Both the position numbers and the translations under genes were made by a program. From Pseudomonadota bacterium (GTDB lineage Bacteria > Pseudomonadota > Alphaproteobacteria > Rhodobacterales > Rhodobacteraceae), in NCBI GenBank assembly GCA_039184415.1, contig JBCDBB010000001.1, positions 402-64,401 of the forward strand: a DNA stretch of 64,000 nt, written 5' to 3'. The stretch's first letter is position 1. The number at the start of each line of letters is the position of its first letter. This document shows positions 19,361-28,206 of the stretch, piece by piece. The notes beneath the pieces are model-generated. The model saw only the letters and a list, made by a program, of their open reading frames with translations, was not told the DNA's origin and did not search any database.

Positions 19361-19675
19361 ATGGCTGCACTTTCGGAAGTCACTGAGAAAATTCGCTCGA
19401 AGAATGCAGGTCCCTTTTGGCTTACGATCGACATCTTTTGCGGCTCGGCTGAACGCTACGATCATGTCGTGCAGAACCTGCCGAATACGGTCGTCGCGCA
19501 AGCTCTGGGTGTCAGCCTCGAAGATGTAAAACGTTTTGAAGTGGCGGACCTGAATGTCCTCAAGTTCTCAATGCCGCGCCCGACGATCCAGGGCTCCCGG
19601 CTTGATCGGGACATGCATGGCGCGCAATGGGCGGTCCTCATTCAGGAACTGGAGATCGCAAGCGAAGCAGGCTGA
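19361..19675 (+). CDS. DUF4387-like small protein (usual partner of DUF1446)
   Basis: The ATG lies 1 nt after the atuA-like stop. MAALSEVTEKIRSKNAGPFWLTIDIFCGSAERYDHV... Confidence 0.6.
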   Translation: MAALSEVTEKIRSKNAGPFWLTIDIFCGSAERYDHVVQNLPNTVVAQALGVSLEDVKRFEVADLNVLKFSMPRPTIQGSRLDRDMHGAQWAVLIQELEIASEAG

Positions 19676-19869
19676 GGCTCCTGGCGTGTTACCAGTTTCC
19701 TGGCTGCCAAGTAGAGCAGCAATTGCGGGGAACACGTGTCCATAGGGCCGACCACTTTCAGGGGCCTGGTCTAAGGCGCACTTAGTCGAACCTGACTCGC
19801 GCACGACGTCTCCTGACCGGTTTGCGGCGCCTACCTTTCAAGGACCTGAGTGACATCCCACGTTTTGGC

Positions 19870-19896
19870 GGGGGCGCCTCAAGGCGCCCCCTTTTT
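19870..19896 (+). terminator. Rho-independent terminator
   Basis: GGGGGCGCC-tcaa-GGCGCCCCC followed by TTTTT, between the convergent DUF4387 and RTX genes. Confidence 0.75.
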
Positions 19897-19934
19897 GACA
19901 TATCGGCACCAGAACCGGTCACCTCAGTCAACGA

Positions 19935-22850
19935 CTAGAACTGGTAGGCGTTGGCCATTTCCTGAGACCAAATGTCGATGGAGGCTTCGATCTCCTCGAT
20001 CGAGCTCGACGAGTGAATGTCATAGCTGTAGAACCACCCGTCGTCTCTGAAGATGTCCATGCGATAGTATGTGTAGCCCCCATCCGTGACTTCGGCGATA
20101 TCCACGTTGTCCAGGCTCGAGGCGCTGAACACCCCAAGGTCGATCAGGATCCTGTCGCCTTCTTCCGCGCTGAAATCGTGAATTGCCGTGTTAAGTGAAC
20201 CGGTGTTCAGGAAGACGAACGTGTCTGCTCCCGCGCCGCCGTGCATTGCGAGGTCTGACTTCGTATGGATGTTCGCCTGGCGGGAGTTCACGACGAGCAT
20301 GTCATCGCCCACATCGCCGACCATCTGGTGGAATCCAATGACATTTTCAACGAGGATGTCATCGCCATCACCTCCCATCAGCTTCTTGTAAAGGTGCGGT
20401 TGTGAGTCGATCACCATGTAGTCGTCGCCACCGCCGCCATTCAGATCTATGGAACCGTAGCCTGTGACCATCCAGTCAGATCCGTCGGTTCCATGATGGT
20501 TGCCGTGGCTATAGTACGTGGGGGTGCCTCCAGCCGCGTCCTTGATCCGGTCAAGATGCCCAAGACCCCAATCAATAGTTACTTTGCTTTCGTCGAACGG
20601 TTGCCCGTCCGTCTTCACATCGACGATCGTCTCGCCTGTGAGCAGATTGTAGATCCGCACCTGGGTTGGGTCGGAATAGTCGAAGCCGACCTGCGAGTTT
20701 CCTGCCAGATCATACACATTGCCATCGATGATGATGCCGTCGTCATGGGCCTGCCAGTCTTCGATCGTGTTTTGGCCACCGTCGATACGAAAGGTATCCG
20801 CGCCCGCGCCGCCATACATGACGTCGTCGCCGCTGCCGCTGACGATGGTGTCGTTGCCGCCGCCGCCGCGAAGCTCGTCATTGCCGGCGCCGCCGTTCAG
20901 GATGTTGTCCTGTCCGTCGCCGATCAGGATGTCGTCGTAATTGCTGCCGATGACATTCTCGACCTCATAGACATAGTCGCGCCACCGCTCGTCGGTCTTG
21001 CCGTCATACTCGACCCCGTTCACCTCGAAATAGTCGCGGCCGTCCTTCTTGTTCATGTCGACTTTGACGCCCGCGCTGGCATCGTAGTACGCGATGGTGT
21101 CCGACCCGTCGCCACCATAGATGTGGTTGAAGCCGCTGCCGGCAAAGATCAGGTCATCGCCGCCGAAGCCATAGATGGTGTCATCGCCGGCCTTGCTTTC
21201 GATCCCGTCCTGGGTGCCCGGCCGGTAGCCGCCGAGAATGTCGTTGCTGTTGGTCCCGAACATGTAGTCGGCCGTGGCGAGCCCGTATTTCTCGATACCG
21301 CCATAGTTGCCGAGCACGAGGAAGTTGTCGGTGCCCAGATCGTCGAGGCTGCCGTCATTCTCAAATCTCTCGCCCGACCCTTTTCTGACGCCATCCTTGT
21401 TCATGTAGAGCGCCTCGTTGAGGATCTGACGGGCAAAGGCCTCGCGAATGACCGGGTTGTTCCAGTCGAGCGACGGGGGAAAGAACTCCCGCAGGTCGTC
21501 CCAGTAGATGATCGCGATATTGCGCGGCGTGCCCGAGGATTCGTCGTAGATCCGGAAGGCCTCGGCCGAGTTCAGGCCCTGATACTGGGTGGTGATGTGA
21601 TCGATGTTGGTGTCGGAGAGCGGGATGACGATGGTGTCTTCCACCGGATTGAAATCCATCACCTTGATGGCGTTGTTCTGTTGCTTGAACTCCCCGGCCT
21701 CGTCGCCCCCCATTTCCGACAGGCTCTTTGCCATGCCGAAGAAGAGCTTGGTCAGGCCTTTGCCGGGCCCGGGAACGAAGGACCCCATCGCGTTGGCCAG
21801 GTTCCACACCTGATCGGACATGAACGCGTCCCAGCCATTGTTGTCGTTGCCCTGCGGCGGGGGCGTGTTGTTGTCGCCGATGACGAAGACATCGCTTCCA
21901 GACCCGCCGGTCAGCTCATTATGGCCGTTCGCGTCGGTGACATTGCCGGAGTAGAGCCAGTCATCGCCCTCTCCGCCATAGAGCTTGTCGATACCCAACC
22001 CGCCCCGCAGGACGTCATTGCCCTGGCCGCCATAGAGCAGGTCATCGCCCCAGCCGCCATGGAGCTCGTCATCGCCCTCGCCGCCCAGCAGCGTGTCTTT
22101 GCCCGTGTCGCCATAGAGGACATCATTGCCGGTCCCGCCCTCCAGCCAGTCATCGCCGGCATAGCCATAGAGGATGTCGTTGCCGCCGCCCCCCAGCAGA
22201 ATGTCATTATGCGTGTAGACCGCCTTGTCGCCCATACCGTTCCAGGTGAGGGTGCCGAAGCCTTCGATGACATTGTCTTGGTCGTTGCCGACGACCTTGG
22301 TGTAAAACTCTCGATGATACTTACCGGAGTCCCGCTCGATGGGTGAGACCTGGAAGTGGATCTCGTCCTCGGACATCTCGTATGTGCCCCTGGAATAGGC
22401 CCTGGCATCCGCGTAGAATCCTTGGCCTTGATAGACCTTGTCCCTGAAGAGTTCTGTACCGTGTCCTGCCCCGTCCGGGGTCTCGGGCTCATCGGTGAGG
22501 ATCGTGTTGGGAGCTGCGTCCTCAGGCGGGATCATGACGGGTGCGATCCCGCCGTCCGTCATGGTGCGAAAGCTGTTCGCCGTGCGCCCGAACAGTCCCA
22601 GCTGTTCGGGCGTCACACCGCCGGCTGCGTCCCCCGCAGAGGTCTCGTCCATGCCATAGGCTTCGGCGTCGTCCGACCCGACCTCGGTCAGGGCGTTGCC
22701 CTTCCGAAAGGGATGCTCGGAAAGCCGGGTCTTGACGGGCCCCGAGGGCTGGTCTGCCTGAACCGCGTCCAGGGCCAGATCACCATCAGGTGTCAGGTAT
22801 GATTCAAGGGGTACGAACAGCGACGAGGCTGAATTACGCAGGTTACTCAT
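19935..22850 (-). CDS. Large RTX-type calcium-binding protein (probable T1SS substrate), 971 aa
   Basis: Four blocks of GGxGxDxUx nonapeptides (e.g. GGGGNDILYGYAGDDWLEGGTGNDVLYGDTGKDTLLGGEGDDELHGGWGDDLLYGGQGNDVLRGG). No N-terminal signal peptide. Acidic. Confidence 0.9.
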   Translation of the reverse strand: MSNLRNSASSLFVPLESYLTPDGDLALDAVQADQPSGPVKTRLSEHPFRKGNALTEVGSDDAEAYGMDETSAGDAAGGVTPEQLGLFGRTANSFRTMTDGGIAPVMIPPEDAAPNTILTDEPETPDGAGHGTELFRDKVYQGQGFYADARAYSRGTYEMSEDEIHFQVSPIERDSGKYHREFYTKVVGNDQDNVIEGFGTLTWNGMGDKAVYTHNDILLGGGGNDILYGYAGDDWLEGGTGNDVLYGDTGKDTLLGGEGDDELHGGWGDDLLYGGQGNDVLRGGLGIDKLYGGEGDDWLYSGNVTDANGHNELTGGSGSDVFVIGDNNTPPPQGNDNNGWDAFMSDQVWNLANAMGSFVPGPGKGLTKLFFGMAKSLSEMGGDEAGEFKQQNNAIKVMDFNPVEDTIVIPLSDTNIDHITTQYQGLNSAEAFRIYDESSGTPRNIAIIYWDDLREFFPPSLDWNNPVIREAFARQILNEALYMNKDGVRKGSGERFENDGSLDDLGTDNFLVLGNYGGIEKYGLATADYMFGTNSNDILGGYRPGTQDGIESKAGDDTIYGFGGDDLIFAGSGFNHIYGGDGSDTIAYYDASAGVKVDMNKKDGRDYFEVNGVEYDGKTDERWRDYVYEVENVIGSNYDDILIGDGQDNILNGGAGNDELRGGGGNDTIVSGSGDDVMYGGAGADTFRIDGGQNTIEDWQAHDDGIIIDGNVYDLAGNSQVGFDYSDPTQVRIYNLLTGETIVDVKTDGQPFDESKVTIDWGLGHLDRIKDAAGGTPTYYSHGNHHGTDGSDWMVTGYGSIDLNGGGGDDYMVIDSQPHLYKKLMGGDGDDILVENVIGFHQMVGDVGDDMLVVNSRQANIHTKSDLAMHGGAGADTFVFLNTGSLNTAIHDFSAEEGDRILIDLGVFSASSLDNVDIAEVTDGGYTYYRMDIFRDDGWFYSYDIHSSSSIEEIEASIDIWSQEMANAYQF

Positions 22851-22964
22851 AACGAACTTACTCCTATTGCCGTAGCGTAAAGTTATGTTAATACTGAATA
22901 AAATGGAGCCCCAACCAGGGCGTCCTTACAGCTTCAGGTGGATAAGTGATGGCGGCAACGCAAG

Positions 22965-22980
22965 TGTGAAATCTGTCACA
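22965..22980. promoter_or_regulatory. Perfect CRP/FNR-type palindrome TGTGA-N6-TCACA
   Basis: TGTGAaatctgTCACA, centred about 120 bp upstream of the RTX gene start codon, inside a 684-bp AT-rich intergenic region. Confidence 0.4.
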
Positions 22981-23534
22981 AAAATTTCATTCCTACGTCT
23001 TTGGACGGTCTCTGAGCGGCAGATGACATCGAGGTTCAGGGCGCGCGCGGCGACCAGATTTTCACTTGTTGCGCAAATCTGTGTCACTTGGGGCCTCGCG
23101 CATTGCTGTACAGGTCCTGTGCGCAACCGCGCGATGGCGAAACCTATATCCGGCATCCCGCCGAGGCACATCCGGAACACCGCCGAGGTGCGACAGGATG
23201 TGCCAAATGCGCGCCAAAAAACAGATCATTGAAACGTGAAGCCCGCACCGTCCGCAAAGTCCAACCGTTCTGCACAACTCCATTAGAAACTCATACAAAA
23301 CAGTGCATTGCGCATGCGACCCATTTGCAGAATGCGGGTGTACCGGAAACATGCAACCCAACGGATGACAGGCCGAGACACGCGGTTGGGGCCATTCTGG
23401 ACTATGGAGTCCGATCGAACTTCCACCACCTCGAGCACCTCTTAACGCTGTGTCGCGCATCCACCTGTGATTGCGTGGCGCGCGTCGAACCAAGCCGAGA
23501 GCGGACGGTGCGCAGCTTGGTCCGGTGCCACGTC

Positions 23535-26267
23535 TTACGCCATCTCGTAGCCGAGATCGGTCAGCGCCGCGACAAGCGTGCTGCCGGGATCCAGAATAGG
23601 GTTCCAGTCCGGGGCCGTCAGGTTGGCCGCGGAAAGATCCTCCGCCTGCACGCCTTCGATGACGACGAAGTCTCCGCCATTGCCCAGAACCTCGAACACC
23701 AGGTCGCCTTGCTCTTCGCTGACGCCAAGCTGGCCCTCAGCGAGGGTCCCGAAATCGAATGTATCCTCGGCGGGGTTGAAGCCCGTGATGGTCGTGGTGC
23801 TGCCGTAGCTCCAACTGATGGTATAATTGTCCCCCGCACCATCGACGAAGGCCACGACATCGCCGCCGCCCGGTATGCTGCCGGATCCGCCACCGGTCTG
23901 GCCGCCGTCCGAACCGCCGCTTTGGTTGCCGCCGTCGCTGTCACCGCCCTCGTAGATGCTGCCGGTCATGTCTCCGGTCCGGGTCTGGAACCCATCCGTC
24001 GTTGCCCCTGCCGGCGCCGCAGGCGTCAGCAGCATGGTCCGGTTGACAAGGGTCACATCGTTCTGGTCAAAGCCGAAAGGCGTCTCGAGATTGTCCTCCA
24101 TCACCTGGTCGAAATGGAACTCTACCAGCCCCGGGACCAGCTCCGCTTTAGTGACCCCGGTGAAGGTAAAGCTCTGCCCGGTGGGCAGCGACGCGATGAC
24201 GAGCCCTTCTGCGCTGTCCTCGACCGTCAGCCGCTCGCGCGTGCCGAAAAAGAGAAAGCTGATCTTCATCGAAGTCGGATCGAACCCGTCAATGACCTCG
24301 TGCTGCCCGTACTCGTGGCTTCGGATATAGACTGTGTCAGTGTCCCGAGGCCCGATCCCTTGCTCCCAGGACACCACGGCACCCATGTCCTGACGGAAAT
24401 GCTCGTTGCCGACGGTCCCGAAATTCCCGATGGACACGTCCTGATAGCTCACGCCCTGAACGATCTGCGCCGCATCCGACCAGGGGCTGTCGATGACGAT
24501 CTCACCGGCTTCGGACTTGGTCACGATCATGCCGTGCACCGACGTGCCGCCGAAATCGAGCGCATCCCTGGCCGGGTCAAAGCCTGTGATGTCATCGGCA
24601 TTACTGTCAGCGATGTACCTGATCCCGCCGGCATCGGTCGCTCCGCTTGTGGCCGGCGGGTTCGAGCCGTCGCTGTCATAGCTCAGCGTGTAGCCTTCGC
24701 CCTCGCCCGGCGTGACGATCACCGCGCCGAGCGCCGCGGCGATCTCATTCTGCACCCCCTGATTGGGGGAGGTGATGTTGGCAAGCGTCAGATCGGCAAG
24801 GCCAAAGCCCGTGAACACGATCTGCTTCGTGACGCTCCCATCCGTGATCACGATCCGCACGGTTTGGCCGAGCGCATCGCCGCTCTCTTCGAAGATCACG
24901 AAGTCTTCGGCCATGACATCGGCACCAATCTCGATCATGTCGCCCATGCCCGGCAGGAACCCGTCGATGATCTGCCCGGGCGTCGCGAGGTCGATCGTCA
25001 CATGCTGGTGCGTGTGACCGGAGCCATGGCCGCTTCCATGATCACCGCCATGGTCGCCGCTGCCGTCACCGCCGCCACCACCACCGGTCATGCCCCCGTC
25101 ACCTGTCCCGTCAGAAGGATCATCGCCGGTATCCGCGGGCGCGCCGCCGACCAGCGCGAGGATCTCTGCAGCGGCGGTCGTGTCCTGGATGGTGAAATTG
25201 GCCGCCGACAGATCAGCGAGTGTCACGCCGGACAGGGTGGTGCTCTGGTTGTTGGAGGGCAGCGCAAAGACCACGCCCGCCGCGGTTTCGGTCACGTCGA
25301 GGAAGTCCGCTCCGATCCAATCGACGAAGATCGTATCCGTCGCCGGATCGAAATCAGAAATAACCGCGTCGGTCCCCCAACTCCATGTGATGACCACATC
25401 CGCGGTGGCCTTGGTTGCGTCGGCGGTGCCGGTGCCCGGATCGTCTTGCGGCGCGCCGCCGCCTGCGTCCGGGGTTCCACTGGTGCCGCCTCCGGTATCC
25501 CCGCCGGGGATACCGAGACCTTCATCGCCGGTCTTGCGATCCTCGTAAAAGGCGATCGCCTCATCGACCGTGGGCGCATCGTAGCCGCCATACTCCTCAA
25601 TATAGCGCAGGATCGAGGTGCCGTTCTCGTCCGTCGACGCGCCGCCGCCCAGCAGCAGGGTCGCTGTGCCATAGGCGCCGCGCAGGTGGGCAGCGGCCAT
25701 GATCCCGGTGATCGACAGCTCCACCGAGACGGTGCTGCCATCAACGTCCGTGTAGGTGAAGGTCTCGCCAATGAAGTCGTCCAGGCTCAGCCCCTGATAG
25801 CCGAGCTGGGTTTCGATGATCTGCAGATTGAAGCCGAAAGCCTCCTGGATGGCGATCTCCTGCTTCTCCTTGGTCATGAAGTCTTCAAGCGAATTGACGC
25901 CGTTCTTGCCGGTCCAAGTGCCGTCCCAGCGATTGATGGTGTCGCCGCCGAGATAGTAGAAATCATCGTCGTAGTAGCCGAGATCGATGAGAAGTGCCTC
26001 GCCGAACTGGTAGCCCACAAAGCCCAGCCAGTTGGTCGAGCGGTAGGACATCGCGTCCCATTCGCTGTCGCTGAGATCGCCCCAGCTGCTGGCGCCGGGA
26101 AAGAAGTCCCCGACCGGCCCGCCGGCCCATTGGTCAAGCTGCCAATCCTGAATGATACCCTCTTCATAACGCTCTCGGTCCCAGCCGGATTCGAACGCGC
26201 GGAGCGCATCGCGAAGTGCGTTATAGTTTCCTTTAGACATCCAATTCCTCATTTCGTCTGTGCTCAT
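23535..26267 (-). CDS. Large secreted repeat protein (T1SS-type, no signal peptide), 910 aa: globular N-terminal domain, five degenerate ~70-aa modules and a Gly/His-rich tract
   Basis: Modules share the pattern I.GF(D/N)P..D...F...GV...(D/E)L...N(F/L). GGGGGDGSGDHGGDHGSGHGSGHTHQH tract. Alternative start at 26240 (MSKGN) with a better SD. Confidence 0.8.
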   Translation of the reverse strand: MSTDEMRNWMSKGNYNALRDALRAFESGWDRERYEEGIIQDWQLDQWAGGPVGDFFPGASSWGDLSDSEWDAMSYRSTNWLGFVGYQFGEALLIDLGYYDDDFYYLGGDTINRWDGTWTGKNGVNSLEDFMTKEKQEIAIQEAFGFNLQIIETQLGYQGLSLDDFIGETFTYTDVDGSTVSVELSITGIMAAAHLRGAYGTATLLLGGGASTDENGTSILRYIEEYGGYDAPTVDEAIAFYEDRKTGDEGLGIPGGDTGGGTSGTPDAGGGAPQDDPGTGTADATKATADVVITWSWGTDAVISDFDPATDTIFVDWIGADFLDVTETAAGVVFALPSNNQSTTLSGVTLADLSAANFTIQDTTAAAEILALVGGAPADTGDDPSDGTGDGGMTGGGGGGDGSGDHGGDHGSGHGSGHTHQHVTIDLATPGQIIDGFLPGMGDMIEIGADVMAEDFVIFEESGDALGQTVRIVITDGSVTKQIVFTGFGLADLTLANITSPNQGVQNEIAAALGAVIVTPGEGEGYTLSYDSDGSNPPATSGATDAGGIRYIADSNADDITGFDPARDALDFGGTSVHGMIVTKSEAGEIVIDSPWSDAAQIVQGVSYQDVSIGNFGTVGNEHFRQDMGAVVSWEQGIGPRDTDTVYIRSHEYGQHEVIDGFDPTSMKISFLFFGTRERLTVEDSAEGLVIASLPTGQSFTFTGVTKAELVPGLVEFHFDQVMEDNLETPFGFDQNDVTLVNRTMLLTPAAPAGATTDGFQTRTGDMTGSIYEGGDSDGGNQSGGSDGGQTGGGSGSIPGGGDVVAFVDGAGDNYTISWSYGSTTTITGFNPAEDTFDFGTLAEGQLGVSEEQGDLVFEVLGNGGDFVVIEGVQAEDLSAANLTAPDWNPILDPGSTLVAALTDLGYEMA

Positions 26268-26607
26268 GGCTCGGCCATTCGGTCCCGCACAAAACGGTCC
26301 CGGGCAGAAAGCACCGCGTCAGGAAAGAATGGTCAAAACACGCTTTGATTGCCGTAGGGTCATCCGCGAGAAATCGCTAACCATCTGGTTCACAGGCATA
26401 AAATTGCTGATCGCAAAGTCGCTGAGCGCGAAATTGCCGAACCGCGAACGATGTGCCTAAGTGCGTCTTCACGTGCTTTTTTCACGCATCTTCAGGCTAT
26501 CGGAAACTGAGCCTTTGTATCAGATGAGAGATGCCACACTCAAAACCTGCCATTTGTTAAGCTGGTCAAGAAAACGAAATTTAGTGGGTGGTTGCTAAGC
26601 TCGGAGC

Positions 26608-27290
26608 TCATAGCCAATAGATGACGAAAGCTGTGAGAGCGATGGGTGACAGGAGAACCTTCGGGCATCAGTGGTATCGCGTTGCGACCCTACGCCAATC
26701 CTTGAGCCTGCCGAACATGATCTCAATCCGGTTACGGCGCTTGTCGTAGCGGACGGTTGTCCTACGCTGCTTCCTGCCCGGGATGCAGGCCCGTATGCCT
26801 TTGTATTTCAACGCTTCCCGGAACCAATCTGCGGCATAGCCGTCGCCATTGTCGCTCGGAGCAATGGCGCTCCAATGGCACCTCTACGAGTGGCCGGTCC
26901 AAAGTTGGCAGGCTGCCCAGAAAAGCCCGCGCACCGGTGTAGTCACTGACCTGCCCGGCAGTGACAAACAAGTCCAACGGCCGCCACTCGCCATTGTGCT
27001 CGAACCAATGGCGCACCATGGCTCATCTGCCGCGGATGGCGTGCAGTTTCGTGTTCAGCCCACCCTTAATACACCCGATAAGACGTCATTCGCCAATGTC
27101 GCTCAGACCAATGGCGCGACATGCTCATCCCCCTTTTTTCACGCCCGGACTGGACGCGGTGCGGTGGTTCTTGAGGTCGGTGGCATTCGGCATTGTCCTC
27201 GGACCAATGGCGGACATAGCCTCATTCGTGTCAGTTTTTTCCTCGCCATGGTCAGCGGCAAACCCGGCCAGCATCCGAAGCGCTAACTTG
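26608..27290 (-). mobile_element. Degraded IS5-family (IS427-like) transposase pseudogene
   Basis: My own translation gives ...FREALKYKGIRACIPGRKQRRTTVRYDKRRNRIEIMFGRLKDWRRVATRYH*CPKVLLSPIALTAFVIYWL*. Upstream blocks (KGGLNTKLHAI, FVTAGQVSDYTGA, MPNATDLKNHRTA) lie in different frames with stops. Confidence 0.75.
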
Positions 27291-27476
27291 TTTTTGGACG
27301 GGAGAACAGACTTGCGACCGTCCTGTGGGTCTGTGCATTGATACGAATGGCGTGGACGTGGCAGCGCGTATTTTAGCTAGCGGCCATGGACGCGACTGAC
27401 TGCGTTACAGCAGAGGTCGAAACAAGAAGTTTGAGACTACGGCCTCACACGCTCCGCCATTACTAGGATATTGTTA

Positions 27477-27947
27477 ATGAAGCACTTTGCACTCTCCAAC
27501 GGCGCGCTGGTGGCTACTCTCGCCAGTGGTGCGTCTGCTTTTCATCTCGAATTTCTATCATCCGACTTCCCAGACCATCCGGTGCAGGTTGAAGTCACAG
27601 ACGGCACAACCGGCGGCTGGTGAACCAATGCCGCAGATGCCGAAAGCTGTACCACTGGACATCTTTGTTTGGCCGGCTTTGAGATGACAGAGGATGCAGT
27701 GATCGTGGTTGATATCCGTGCGGTGGGTGCTCGTGACGACTACGGGTTATTTTACGGAGGGATCATCATAGAGGCCAAAACCGTTGGGGTAAATCGGCTG
27801 GGCTACATGGGCCTCATAACGCCATTCCAAAGCCCTCAAGCATCAGCCAATTATTCCGGCAGCCTTAACGTTGTCATGATGAACGCAATTAAAGAGTTCA
27901 CTGACGTCACGGCAGAGGCACGACAGACCATGCTGGAGCGCGAATGA
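27477..27947 (+). pseudogene. Small hypothetical (signal-peptide-like N-terminus) ORF of 156 codons interrupted by one in-frame TGA (27621-27623)
   Basis: ATG at 27477 with AGGA upstream. MKHFALSNGALVATLASGASA...TTGGW*TNAADAES... continues in the same frame into track ORF 27669..27947. Confidence 0.4.
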
Positions 27948-28132
27948 TGAACCGTGCGATCATCGTAGCTCTGGCCGCCGTCGCTATCCTCGGTGGTGCT
28001 GCCCTGCTGGCTGCCAAGCCAGCACCAGAGCCTTGCGTCGGATCTGAGAGCTACTGTGAAGCGATGGCGCGACCGAGCCCAAGCATCACATGGCGGCGAA
28101 TATATTGCGAGAACATCCAGTGCACCAAATGA
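27944..28132 (+). CDS. Small membrane-anchored/secreted Cys-rich hypothetical protein (62 aa)
   Basis: ATGA overlap with the preceding ORF, GGAG upstream. MMNRAIIVALAAVAILGGAALLAA plus 4 Cys. Confidence 0.4.
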   Translation: MMNRAIIVALAAVAILGGAALLAAKPAPEPCVGSESYCEAMARPSPSITWRRIYCENIQCTK

Positions 28133-28206
28133 CGCTATTGAGGCCACACCCGGGACACAAACCCGCTAATTTGTATCCCAGAAACCAGCTAAGTATCTGA
28201 TTTCAG

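Noticed and set aside
20493-22346. 617-aa + strand ORF opposite the RTX gene
   Set aside because: Antisense artefact. The minus strand encodes unmistakable GGxGxD nonapeptides.
22888-22902. CtrA-like box TTAA-N7-TAAA upstream of the RTX gene
   Set aside because: It has one mismatch in an AT-rich region where such strings arise by chance, with no second supporting feature.
23088-26348. 1086-aa ORF on the + strand, longer than the annotated 910-aa gene it overlaps
   Set aside because: Antisense shadow ORF, typical of high-GC DNA. Its composition is Arg/Ala/Gly/Asp-rich with RRRRR runs and no domain-like segments. The minus-strand frame gives coherent repeat modules and a plausible start.
27621-27623. 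In-frame TGA as selenocysteine
   Set aside because: I could find no convincing SECIS-like hairpin immediately downstream, and there is no Cys or redox motif context. A pseudogene or a chance ORF is more likely.
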